A stretch of DNA of 59,553 nt from a virus. Lineage: Duplodnaviria; Caudoviricetes. Positions 1-8,957 of this stretch are shown here, piece after piece. The notes beneath the pieces are model-generated. The model ran no database searches. It saw nothing but the letters and a program-made list of their open reading frames with translations, and had not been told where the DNA came from. The stretch is taken from the IMG/VR virus record IMGVR_UViG_3300016484_001067, positions 1 through 59,553 of that record; one strand, given 5' to 3'. The position numbers and the translations under genes are program-made. How positions within the stretch are numbered: the first letter of the stretch is position 1; every line of letters begins with the position of its first letter.

Positions 1-175
1 GGGCTCTCCGGGGTCCGTCAGGTTCAAAGGTTCCCGAGCGCGGCCATGATCGCCGCCGCTCGGTCGCGACGCAGCTGGCGCAACGCCGGCCACGTCGCCC
101 GCTCCACCACCGCGCTCGCGCAACGCGAGACCGCGGCCACCCCCGACGCCGCGCAACGCGGTCGAGGAGATCACC

Positions 176-436
176 ATGAAGCTCACCTCGGAGACGAAGG
201 TCGCCGATCCGGCTCTCGCCGAACCGGTCACGCTCGACCAGGTCCGCGCCGCGCTGAGTGCGCTCGGCATCGAGCTGCCGGTCGACCGGATCCGCAGCGT
301 CTTCATGGACGTCGACGGCATCAAGGTCGAGTACCTGCCCGAAGGGGCAGCCGGCGGATGCCACGTGCTCTGGGCTCCGATCAACAACGGCGTCGGCATC
401 TGGTCGCCGGCCGGGAAGCGTGGTCGTCGTGGCTGA
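176..436 (+). CDS. Hypothetical phage protein
   Basis: GAGGAG RBS at 164-169; stop overlaps the next start. Confidence 0.75.
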   Translation: MKLTSETKVADPALAEPVTLDQVRAALSALGIELPVDRIRSVFMDVDGIKVEYLPEGAAGGCHVLWAPINNGVGIWSPAGKRGRRG

Positions 437-701
437 CGCCGCCGACCAGGCGACCATCCCCGCCTACCGCATGACCGGCGCGCTCGCCGCACTCGGCCAG
501 GAGCTGGGGGAGCGGCTCTCCGTCGAGCCGCGCGCCGGGCTCGACCGCACCAGCGACCCCGAGCTGCAGGGCTACCGCGACGCCTGCGACCTGCTCAACG
601 CCGCCGCGGCCGACGTCGTCCGGATCGAGTTCCTGCCCGGCGTGGTCCAGTTGCACCGCGTCGACGGCACCGTGCTCACGCTTGAGGTCGTCGATGCCTG
701 A
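429..701 (+). CDS. Hypothetical phage protein
   Basis: GTG at 429 overlaps the previous stop; C-terminal part of ORF 258..701. Confidence 0.6.
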   Translation: MADAADQATIPAYRMTGALAALGQELGERLSVEPRAGLDRTSDPELQGYRDACDLLNAAAADVVRIEFLPGVVQLHRVDGTVLTLEVVDA

Positions 702-927
702 GCAGGCGGGGGAGACCCGCGTGGTGCTCGTGAAGCCTGGTGACGTGCTGCTCATCGGAAACGTCGGCGACCTTGCCGCAGTAGGCGGTGAGGACGGATT
801 CCTTGCGCTGAGCGCGGCGCTCGACAAGCTCGGGCTGCCCACGATCCTGTTCGCCAGCGACGTCGACACCTCCGTCCTGACGCGCGAGAACATCGCCGCG
901 CTCACACCTGGTGCAGCCGGTGCCTAG
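694..927 (+). CDS. Hypothetical phage protein
   Basis: ATG at 694 overlaps the previous gene; its stop overlaps the TerS start. Confidence 0.65.
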   Translation: MPEQAGETRVVLVKPGDVLLIGNVGDLAAVGGEDGFLALSAALDKLGLPTILFASDVDTSVLTRENIAALTPGAAGA

Positions 928-1588
928 GGGAGGCGCCCGGGTCAACTCCGGGCCGGCACCGGACCCGAACGCGCTGCGCCGCGACCGGCCGTCGGACGCC
1001 GCCGGCTGGACGACGCTCCCGGCCGAGGGCCGCCGCCGCGCGGACGGGAAGCCGTCCGCGTCGCCGCGGTGGCCGCTGCTGCCGGACATCGCGCTCGTGG
1101 CCGAGCACCGCGTCGTCTCGGGTCGGATCGACCTGATGCTGCGCGTCCTGGAGGAGAAGCTCGTCCTGGGGGACGACGTCTCGTCGCTCGAGGACAAGAT
1201 CGAGCGGGCGCAGAAGCGGCTTGAGGTGCTCGCGTTCCAGGTCGCGGAGCAGGACAAGCGCGAGAAGGCGCTCTGGCGCGAGGTCTGGCGGTACCCCCAG
1301 GCGATCATCTGGGAGCGGGACCACCAGCAGCGCGCCGTCGCGATGTTCGTCCGGCACCAGGTACTCGGCGAGCTCGGCTCCCTGGACGACGCCAAGGAGG
1401 CCCGGCAGTGGTCGGACCGCCTCGGCGTGAACCCGACCGCGATGCTGCGGAACCGGTGGAGGATCGCGACCGACGAGGTCAGCCAGCGCAGGCAGACCCG
1501 GACGTCGTCCGCTCCCGCCGCGCCGGCGCCCGTCGCGTCGGTGAGAGACCGTGCGCGGAAGCTGGCCGCCGGTGGCGGCGCAGCGTGA
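920..1588 (+). CDS. terS: Terminase small subunit
   Basis: MPRGGARVNSGPAPDPNALRRDR N-terminus and DRLGVNPTAMLRNRWRI motif typical of actinophage TerS; directly upstream of TerL. Confidence 0.85.
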   Translation: MPRGGARVNSGPAPDPNALRRDRPSDAAGWTTLPAEGRRRADGKPSASPRWPLLPDIALVAEHRVVSGRIDLMLRVLEEKLVLGDDVSSLEDKIERAQKRLEVLAFQVAEQDKREKALWREVWRYPQAIIWERDHQQRAVAMFVRHQVLGELGSLDDAKEARQWSDRLGVNPTAMLRNRWRIATDEVSQRRQTRTSSAPAAPAPVASVRDRARKLAAGGGAA

Positions 1589-3221
1589 GGCGCAGCCGCT
1601 CTACGTAGCCCCCGCCTGGATCGAGGCGCACTGCGTCGTCCCGGACGGCTTCCGCCGCGGCGCCCCGTTCAGCCTCTACGACTTCCAGCTCGAGTACCTG
1701 CTGAACTTCTACCTGGTCCGCGGCGACGCGGTCTGGGTGCCCGAGGCGCCGGTGCTCGGCCCGGCGTTCGTCTACCGCCGCGGCCTGCTCGTCGCCCCGC
1801 AGAAGATCGGCAAGGGCCCGAAGTCCGCGGCGCACACCTGCCTCGAAGGCGTCGGCCCGGCGCTGTTCGCCGGCTGGGCCGGAGCGGACGACGGGTACGC
1901 GTGCGCGGACTGGGGCTGCCGCTGCGGCTGGGAGTATCGCTACGAGCCCGGCGAGCCGATGGGCATGCCCTGGCCGACGCCGCTCATCCAGATCACGGCG
2001 CTCTCGCAGGAGCAGGTCGACAACATCTACGGCGCGCTGCGCCCGATGATCGACCTCGGCCCCCTGTCCGACGTCGTGCTCCGCACCGGCGAGGAGTTCA
2101 TCCGCCTCCCCGGCGACGGCCGCATCGACGCCGTCACCAGCTCGGCGCAGTCCCGCCTCGGCCAGCGCGTCACCTTCGTCCCCCAGGACGAGGTCGGCCT
2201 GTGGACGAAGACCAACAAGATGCAGGCCGTCGCGGACACCCAGTACCGCGGCCTGGCCGGCATGGGCGGCCGGGCGAGCCTCACGACGAACGCGTGGGAC
2301 CCGTCGCAGCACTCGGTCGCGCAGCAGCAGTTCGAGTCCTCCGCGAAGGACGTCTACCGGCAGTTCCGGCAGGCGCCCCGCGGGCTGTCCTACCGGAACA
2401 AGGCCGAGCGGAAGCGGATCCACCGCGCCGTCTACGGGGAGACGCTGCGCTCGGCCGGCGGCCACGTCGACGACGACAGCATCGACGCCGAGGCCGCCGA
2501 CCTGCTCGAGCGCGACCCGGCGCAGGCCGAGCGGTTCTTCGGGAACCGGATCGTGTCCGGTGCCGGCGCGTGGTGCCCGGACGAGCTCTGGGCGGACGCC
2601 GGCGCCCGGGCCCGGAAGGTCCCGGACGGCGCGCTCGTCGCGGTCGGGTTCGACGGCTCCGACGTCGACGACTGGACGGCCATCCGCCTCGAGACGGCGG
2701 ACGGGCACCGGTTCACCCCGACCTACGGGCCGGACGCCCGGCCAACGATCTGGGACCCGGCGGAGTGGGGCGGGGAGATCCCGCGCCAGGAGGTCCACGC
2801 AGCCGTCGACGAGCTGTTCCGCCGCTACACGGTCGTCCGGATGTACTGCGACCCGCGGGACTGGCGGTCGGAGATCGCCGACTGGGCGACCGAGCACGGC
2901 GAGAAGGTCGTCGTCGAGTGGGCGACGAACCGGATCGTCCAGATGCACGCGGCGCTCGAGCGGGCCCTGACCGACCTGAAGACCGGCCGGTCGACGCACG
3001 ACGAGGACCCGCTGACGACCCGCTGCGTCGGGAACGCCCGCAAGGCCGCCCGCCCGGGCGACCGGTACATCCTCACCAAGCCGGCCCCGAGCCAGAAGAT
3101 CGACGCCGCGATGGCGGACGTCCTGGCGCACGAGGCCGCCGCCGACGCGCACGCCGCCGGCGACTTCGAGCGCGCCGCGAAGGCCCGCAACAGGTCCAAG
3201 AAGATGCTCGTCCTGCGCTGA
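1572..3221 (+). CDS. terL: Terminase large subunit
   Basis: Walker A-like PQKIGKGP, Walker B FVPQDE, nuclease motifs GFDGS and KIDAAMA; start approximate. Confidence 0.93.
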   Translation: MAAQREAQPLYVAPAWIEAHCVVPDGFRRGAPFSLYDFQLEYLLNFYLVRGDAVWVPEAPVLGPAFVYRRGLLVAPQKIGKGPKSAAHTCLEGVGPALFAGWAGADDGYACADWGCRCGWEYRYEPGEPMGMPWPTPLIQITALSQEQVDNIYGALRPMIDLGPLSDVVLRTGEEFIRLPGDGRIDAVTSSAQSRLGQRVTFVPQDEVGLWTKTNKMQAVADTQYRGLAGMGGRASLTTNAWDPSQHSVAQQQFESSAKDVYRQFRQAPRGLSYRNKAERKRIHRAVYGETLRSAGGHVDDDSIDAEAADLLERDPAQAERFFGNRIVSGAGAWCPDELWADAGARARKVPDGALVAVGFDGSDVDDWTAIRLETADGHRFTPTYGPDARPTIWDPAEWGGEIPRQEVHAAVDELFRRYTVVRMYCDPRDWRSEIADWATEHGEKVVVEWATNRIVQMHAALERALTDLKTGRSTHDEDPLTTRCVGNARKAARPGDRYILTKPAPSQKIDAAMADVLAHEAAADAHAAGDFERAAKARNRSKKMLVLR

Positions 3222-3261
3222 CCGGCCGGGACGCCCTCACGCCGGAAGGGGCGGTGACAGC

Positions 3262-4812
3262 GTGGACACGCTGCAGGTGCCGTTCCGGCGTGCTGCGCTC
3301 TCCACCCACGACGGCGAGCCGGAGCCCGGCTCCCCAGAGTGGTGGCTGGCCTGCCTCGAGCGCCGCCACAAGGCGGAGGTCGAGGACCTCGCCCGGCTCA
3401 ACGCGCACTACGAGGGCTCGCAGCCGCTGAGCTACATGGCGCCCGAGCTGGTCCTCGAGCTCGCCGACCGGCTCCGGCAGGTCGTCGTCGCCTGGCCGCA
3501 GCTCGTCATCGACTCCGTCGAGGAGCGCCTGGACGTCGAGGGCTTCCGCCTCGCCGAGGAGCCCGAGGCCGACGAGGACCTCTGGGCGCTCTGGCAGGCC
3601 AACGACCTCGACGAGTGGTCGCAGCAGGCGCACCTCGACGCGCTCATCATGCGCCGCTCCTACGCCATCATCGGCACCAACGACGAGGACGCCTCCCGGC
3701 CGCTCGTCAGCGTCGAGTCGCCGCTGCAGGTGATCCACGAGCGGGACCCCCGGACCCGGAAGGTGTCCGCGGCCGCGAAGTTCTGGTCGGACGGCGACGG
3801 CGACCGGAAGCGGTGCGCCACGCTCTACCTGCCGAACTCGACGTCGTGGTGGCTGCACGACGGGCACCGCTGGGTCCCGGACGGCGGCGACCGGGCGGTC
3901 GACGAGCACGGCCGCGGCGTCGTCCCGGTCGAGCCGATCGTGAACCGGCCCCGGCTGCGCGCAGCGACGGCGCACATCGACGCCGGGTCGCTGGGGGAAG
4001 GCACGAGCGACCTCGCCCCGGTCATCCCGCTGTCGGACGCCGCCTGCAAGATCGCGACCGACATGATGGTCGCGGCCGAGTTCCACGCGATGCCCCGCCG
4101 ATGGGCGCTCGGGTTCGCACCGGAGGACTTCCAGGACGAGCACGGCAACCCGGTCGGCGCGTTCTCCCGGGTCGCCGGGCGCCTCTGGGCGACCGAGCGG
4201 ACCAAGCAGGACGGCGCCGAGGTCGGCCAGTTCCCCGAGTCGAACCTGTCCGGCTTCCACGACACGATGAAGCTGCTCGGCCAGCTCGTCGCGTCGGTAT
4301 CCGGTCTGCCGCCGCACTACCTCGGCCTCGTGACCGACAACCCGTCGTCCGCGGACGCGATCCGCTCCGGCGAGGCCCGCCTCGTCAAGCGGGCCGAGCG
4401 CAAGCAGCGGTCGTTCGGCGGGTCCTGGGAGCGGGTCATGCGCCTGGCCATGCTCTGGCGCGACGGCACCGTCCCGCCCGAGGCGATGCAGATGGAGACC
4501 ATCTGGCGCGACGCGGCGACCCCCACCATCGGGCAGCGCGCCGACGCCGCGGTGAAGCTCTTCACCTCCAACGTCGTCCCGCTCCGGCAGACCCGCGAGG
4601 ACCTCGGCTACTCCGCCACGCAGATCGAGCGGATGGAAGAGCAGGACGAGCGGGCAGCCGCCCTCGCGTTCGGCCTCACCCCGCCCGACAAGACCGGAAC
4701 CCCACCGGCCGCAGCGTCCGGCATGGACGGCGGGGCCGGTGACGGCGAAGACGGCGCCGACGGCGGGGACGGCGCCGAGCCCGCAGACGGGGCGCCGGCG
4801 GCCGAGGACTGA
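3262..4812 (+). CDS. Portal protein (SPP1 gp6-like)
   Basis: Follows TerL; HYEGSQPL, WPQLVIDSVEERL, NPSSADAIRSGEARLVKRAE motifs; N-terminal PFRRAALSTHD extension. Confidence 0.93.
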   Translation: MDTLQVPFRRAALSTHDGEPEPGSPEWWLACLERRHKAEVEDLARLNAHYEGSQPLSYMAPELVLELADRLRQVVVAWPQLVIDSVEERLDVEGFRLAEEPEADEDLWALWQANDLDEWSQQAHLDALIMRRSYAIIGTNDEDASRPLVSVESPLQVIHERDPRTRKVSAAAKFWSDGDGDRKRCATLYLPNSTSWWLHDGHRWVPDGGDRAVDEHGRGVVPVEPIVNRPRLRAATAHIDAGSLGEGTSDLAPVIPLSDAACKIATDMMVAAEFHAMPRRWALGFAPEDFQDEHGNPVGAFSRVAGRLWATERTKQDGAEVGQFPESNLSGFHDTMKLLGQLVASVSGLPPHYLGLVTDNPSSADAIRSGEARLVKRAERKQRSFGGSWERVMRLAMLWRDGTVPPEAMQMETIWRDAATPTIGQRADAAVKLFTSNVVPLRQTREDLGYSATQIERMEEQDERAAALAFGLTPPDKTGTPPAAASGMDGGAGDGEDGADGGDGAEPADGAPAAED

Positions 4813-5912
4813 TGGCCGGCCCCGCCCGCGGCGTCCTCGACGTCGCGGACCGGTACCGCGCCGACCTCTCGGCAACCGGCCACCAGGCAGCCCTCATCCT
4901 GGCCCGGCTCTGGACCCGGATCGACCCGACCGACCCCGTCGCCTCGTGGACGCCGCTGCTCGCCCAGGCGATCGGCGCGTTCACCGCGGCGCAGGCGGCC
5001 GCGGCCGCGATGGCCGACGCCTACGTCGACGACGTCCTGCGCGCCCAGCAGCTCGACCGGACTGCGGCCGCGCTCGTCGACGCCACCGCGTTCGCCGGGA
5101 TCTCCGCGCAGGGCGTTGCGCTCGAGGACCTCCTGCGGATCCCCGCCCAGCGCACCGCCTACGCCCTCACCCGAGGCGTACCGCCCGGCACCGCGCTCGA
5201 CCTCGGCCGGGCGCTTCTCGGGATGTACGCCCGCACCGAGACCGCCGACGCCGGCCGGCTCGCAACCGCTGTCGCAGGCTCTGCCCGGAACGTCGGCGGG
5301 TACGTCCGGGCGCTCCGGCCGCCGTCATGCTCGCGGTGCGCGATCCTCGCCGGCCGCTGGTACCGCTACTCGTCCGGCTTCGCCAGGCACCCCCACTGCG
5401 ACTGCGTGAACGTGCCCGCCGAGAACGACATCGCGCCCGAGCTCGTCACCAGCCCGCTCACCGCGATCCGCGACGGCCAGGTCCACGGCCTGTCCCGCGC
5501 CGAACGGCAGGCCATCGACTTGGGCGCCGACCCCTCGCAGGTCGTCAACGCCCGCGAGGGCATGGCCACCGCGGCGGACGGCCGCCGGTACACCACGACC
5601 GGCACCACGGCCCGTGGCGTCGCGGGCGCCCGGATCCTCGCCCGCGACCTTGCCCGGGCGGCCGGAGCCGACCCGGGCGGCACCTACCGGAACTTCACCG
5701 TCTCCCGCGCCGAGATCGCCCGCTGGGAGGCGCAGTACGGGCCGCTCCTGGCCCGCGGCCGCACCTTCACCCGCACCACCGCCGGCCGAACCCAGACCTA
5801 CGCCTACCGGGTCACCCGCACCCGCCGGGCGTCCGTCGAGGACATCCTCGCCGGCTCGACGAGCCCCGACGACGCCGTCCGTCAGCTCATCAACCACGGC
5901 TACCTCCTGTAG
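4812..5912 (+). CDS. MuF-like minor capsid / head morphogenesis protein
   Basis: After portal; CSRC...RHPHCDC motif. Confidence 0.8.
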   Translation: MAGPARGVLDVADRYRADLSATGHQAALILARLWTRIDPTDPVASWTPLLAQAIGAFTAAQAAAAAMADAYVDDVLRAQQLDRTAAALVDATAFAGISAQGVALEDLLRIPAQRTAYALTRGVPPGTALDLGRALLGMYARTETADAGRLATAVAGSARNVGGYVRALRPPSCSRCAILAGRWYRYSSGFARHPHCDCVNVPAENDIAPELVTSPLTAIRDGQVHGLSRAERQAIDLGADPSQVVNAREGMATAADGRRYTTTGTTARGVAGARILARDLARAAGADPGGTYRNFTVSRAEIARWEAQYGPLLARGRTFTRTTAGRTQTYAYRVTRTRRASVEDILAGSTSPDDAVRQLINHGYLL

Positions 5913-5997
5913 CCGCCCCAGACCCGCCGTACCGGGACCGCGCAACGCGGCCCGGCCCGGCGCGCACCACCTCTGTCACCGAGACCAGGAGGCCGCA

Positions 5998-6732
5998 ATG
6001 GCTCCCGCCCCGGACGCAACGTCCACCGCCCCGCTCCGCGTGCTCGCGCTGCCGTTCCGTGTCGTCCTGTCGACGCACGACGACGAGCCGCCCGCACCGG
6101 CCGACCCGCCCGCCGCGGACCCGCCCGCCGACCCGATCCCAGGCCTCGAGAGCGACCCCGCACCGGCCGACCCGCCCGCCGACCCTGGCACCGAGCCCGG
6201 CGACAAGCCGCTCGGGCCCGCTGGGGAGAAGGCGCTCCGGGAGATGAAGCTCAAGCTCCGCGAGGCGGAGCGGTCCGCGAAGGCCAATGCTGCCGCCGCC
6301 GCCCGGCTGCGCGAGATCGAGGACGCGCAGAAGACCGAGACCGAGCGGCTCGCCGAGGCCAAGCAGGCCGCGGAGCAGCGCGCCGCCGCCGCGGAGCAGC
6401 GCGCCGTCGCCGCCGAGATCCGCGCCCTGGCCACCGACCGGTTCGCCGACCCCGCGGACGCCGTCGAGGCACTCTCCCGCGACGGCGCCGCGTTCGTCGG
6501 CCCCGACGGGACCATCGACGACGCCGCCATCCGCGACGCCCTCGACGGCCTCCTGGACCGCAAGCCGCACTGGGCTAAGCCCACCGCCACGCCCGCCCCC
6601 ACCGCGCCGCCTGCCCCCCGCCCGGACCCCTCGCAGGGCTCCCGGACGCCGCCGCCGCCGGTCGACTTCACCACCGCCTCCCCGGAGGAGTTCCGCGCGG
6701 AAGCCGCGAAGCTCGGCATCCGCCTGCCGTGA
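5998..6732 (+). CDS. Capsid scaffolding protein
   Basis: AGGAGG RBS; Pro/Asp-rich N-terminus, GEKAL motif, coiled coil, PDPSQG motif; N-terminal PFRVVLSTHD. Confidence 0.88.
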   Translation: MAPAPDATSTAPLRVLALPFRVVLSTHDDEPPAPADPPAADPPADPIPGLESDPAPADPPADPGTEPGDKPLGPAGEKALREMKLKLREAERSAKANAAAAARLREIEDAQKTETERLAEAKQAAEQRAAAAEQRAVAAEIRALATDRFADPADAVEALSRDGAAFVGPDGTIDDAAIRDALDGLLDRKPHWAKPTATPAPTAPPAPRPDPSQGSRTPPPPVDFTTASPEEFRAEAAKLGIRLP

Positions 6733-6953
6733 TCGTCGTCCGGGCAGTCGTCTCGGACGACGGCGGCGGCTTCACCTCGATCGAGGTGAGCGGCCACCAG
6801 GGGGCTGCCGCAGGTGGCGACGGGAAGGTCTGCACCGCAGTGACCACGCTCCTGCGGTCGCAGATCGCCTACCTCGACCGCCTCGCCCAAGCGTTCCCGG
6901 ACGCCCTGTCCGTGACGATCGAAGAAGGAGACACATCCTCATGTCCAACCTGA
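6729..6953 (+). CDS. prp: Prp-like (DUF464, ribosomal-processing) cysteine protease
   Basis: MIVVRAV..SIEVSGH(23)..DGKVC(35)TAVTTL and C-terminal LDRLAQAFPDALSVT resemble Prp (SGHA..DIVCAAVS; His and Cys 12 apart); GTGA-coupled to scaffold and overlaps the capsid start. Confidence 0.8.
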   Translation: MIVVRAVVSDDGGGFTSIEVSGHQGAAAGGDGKVCTAVTTLLRSQIAYLDRLAQAFPDALSVTIEEGDTSSCPT

Positions 6954-8305
6954 CCGCCCAGGCGGCCCGCGTCGTGCGGCCGGGCTGGCTCCGCGTCCCG
7001 TTCCAGCGCGTCGCCCTGGCGTCGCACGACATCCAGTCCGCTCTCCCGGCCGCGCTGCGCGCGACCGTCCAGCGGGGCTTCCTCGAGCGGCTCTTCAAGG
7101 AGTCGATGCGCCCGGCGTTCCTCTACGGCGCCGTCGCGGACGTCGAGCCGTTCATGGGCGGCGTCGGCGACCAGAAGACGATGACCCGCGCCGGTCTGCT
7201 CACCCCGCAGTCGACGCCGGTCACGCCGGGCTCGGACGCGGGCACGGGCACCTACGCGATCGAGCAGTGGAGCGTCACGCTCGACAAGTACGGCCTCGGC
7301 GTCGACACGGACATGCTCGCAAGCGTCGTCCAGCTGGCGAGCAAGTTCACCACCGACATCTCGCGGCTCGGCATCAACGCCGGCCAGTCGATCAACCAGG
7401 TGGCGCGGAACAAGCTCTACCGCGCGTACTCCGGCGGCCGCACGTTCGCGTCGTCCGGCACGACCTCCAGCACCACGCTCCCGGTCAACGACACCAGCGG
7501 CTTCGGCTTCGTGTCGGTCAACGGCGTGCTCACGGCGGTCTCCGGCTCCAACCCGCTGACCGTCACGGTCAACGGTGTCGCGAACACCGTCACCGGGGTC
7601 TCCACGTCGTCCGGCGCCGGCAACCTCACCCTCGGCACGGCGATCTCCGCCACCGCGGGCTGGACGGTCGTCGCCGCCAACGCCCCCACGTCGCTGCGCG
7701 CGGGCTCGGCGTCCTCGATCTTCGGCCTCACCGGCTCGGACGTCGTCACCTTCGCCATGTTCCGCTCCGCGGTCGCGCGGCTGCGGAAGATGAACGTCCC
7801 GACGGTGAACGGCAACTACGTCGCGCACATCGACGCGGACACCGAGACGCAGCTGTTCGCGGACAGCGAGTTCAAGCAGCTCTACCAGGGCCGCGCCGAC
7901 TCGCAGACGTACCGCGAGCTCAGCCTCGGCGTCCTCGGCGGCATCGACTTCGTCCGCAACACCGAGGCGCCGACCGTCCTGGGCGGCTCCGCCGGCACGC
8001 TGACGGTGCACCGGCCGATCGTCATGGGCGCGAACGCGCTCGTCGCGACCCCGCTGGAGGGCATCGCCGACCTGCTCCGGGGCTCCGAGGTCGAGGCCGT
8101 CCCGAACATCAGCATGGTCAACGCCGCGCCCGGCGTCGACGTCGCGCTGATCGTCCGGCCGCCGCAGGACCGGTTCCAGCAGATCGTGTCCTCGGCGTGG
8201 CAGTGGGTCGGCGACTACGCCGTGCCGACCGACCTCAACGCTGCGGTCCAGGGCGGCAGCGACCCCGCGCTCTACAAGCGGGCGATCGTCCTCGAGCACG
8301 CCTGA
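6941..8305 (+). CDS. Major capsid protein
   Basis: AAGGAG RBS; position after scaffold; 454 aa with a Ser/Thr/Gly-rich insertion; N-terminal PFQRVALASHD. Confidence 0.88.
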   Translation: MSNLTAQAARVVRPGWLRVPFQRVALASHDIQSALPAALRATVQRGFLERLFKESMRPAFLYGAVADVEPFMGGVGDQKTMTRAGLLTPQSTPVTPGSDAGTGTYAIEQWSVTLDKYGLGVDTDMLASVVQLASKFTTDISRLGINAGQSINQVARNKLYRAYSGGRTFASSGTTSSTTLPVNDTSGFGFVSVNGVLTAVSGSNPLTVTVNGVANTVTGVSTSSGAGNLTLGTAISATAGWTVVAANAPTSLRAGSASSIFGLTGSDVVTFAMFRSAVARLRKMNVPTVNGNYVAHIDADTETQLFADSEFKQLYQGRADSQTYRELSLGVLGGIDFVRNTEAPTVLGGSAGTLTVHRPIVMGANALVATPLEGIADLLRGSEVEAVPNISMVNAAPGVDVALIVRPPQDRFQQIVSSAWQWVGDYAVPTDLNAAVQGGSDPALYKRAIVLEHA

Positions 8306-8321
8306 CCCAGGCGCTCGTCGT

Positions 8322-8360
8322 CCCGGAGGCCGCAGGTAGGGGAAGCCTGCGGCCTCCGGG
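8322..8360 (+). terminator. Strong hairpin after capsid gene (terminator or mRNA-stabilising structure)
   Basis: Perfect 15-bp inverted repeat CCCGGAGGCCGCAGG-9 nt-CCTGCGGCCTCCGGG; no U-tract. Confidence 0.6.
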
Positions 8361-8432
8361 TCACCCCGGCCGGCCGGTGGCCCGGCGCACGTCACGTCTC
8401 ACACCGAGCACCACGAGCAGCAGGAGAACTCC

Positions 8433-8954
8433 ATGAGCGTCGTCGTCCGCGCGGCGAAGGCCTTCTCGGCGTACCACGGGCCGAGCTGCCAGATCCTCTC
8501 CTTCACCCAGGGGCAGGAGATCGAGGGCGACCTCGCGGTCTACCTCGCGACCGCTGACTGCCCCGTCGAGGTCGTCTCCGACGAGTCGGACCAGATCGGC
8601 GCCGTCATCGCCGCGGCCGCCTCGGCCGCAGCGCCTGCCGCGCCCGCCGAGTCGTCGCCCACCGACAGCCCGGGGGCTGCCGTCGAGCCCGAGCCCGCGG
8701 TCCAGGCCGAGCCCGAGCCCGCGGCCCAGCCGTCGGCCGGGACCGAGACGGCGGTGGAGGACGCCGCTCCGGCCGCGCCGGCGCCCGCCGAGGCCGCCTC
8801 GTTCGACCCCGCCGAGCACAACGTCAAGGACGTCCTCGCGCACGTCGAGGCGCACCCCGAGGACCTGGCCGCCGTCCTGGCCGCCGAGCAGGCCGGCAAG
8901 CAGCGGACCACCCTCCTCGACGCCCTCCACGACCTCACGGCCACGCAGGCCTGA
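8433..8954 (+). CDS. Head-associated protein with Pro/Ala/Glu linker and small helical C-terminal domain
   Basis: AGGAG RBS; C-terminal NVKDVLAHV..AVLAAEQAGKQRTTLL domain often seen right after capsid genes. Confidence 0.7.
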   Translation: MSVVVRAAKAFSAYHGPSCQILSFTQGQEIEGDLAVYLATADCPVEVVSDESDQIGAVIAAAASAAAPAAPAESSPTDSPGAAVEPEPAVQAEPEPAAQPSAGTETAVEDAAPAAPAPAEAASFDPAEHNVKDVLAHVEAHPEDLAAVLAAEQAGKQRTTLLDALHDLTATQA

Positions 8955-8957
8955 CCG

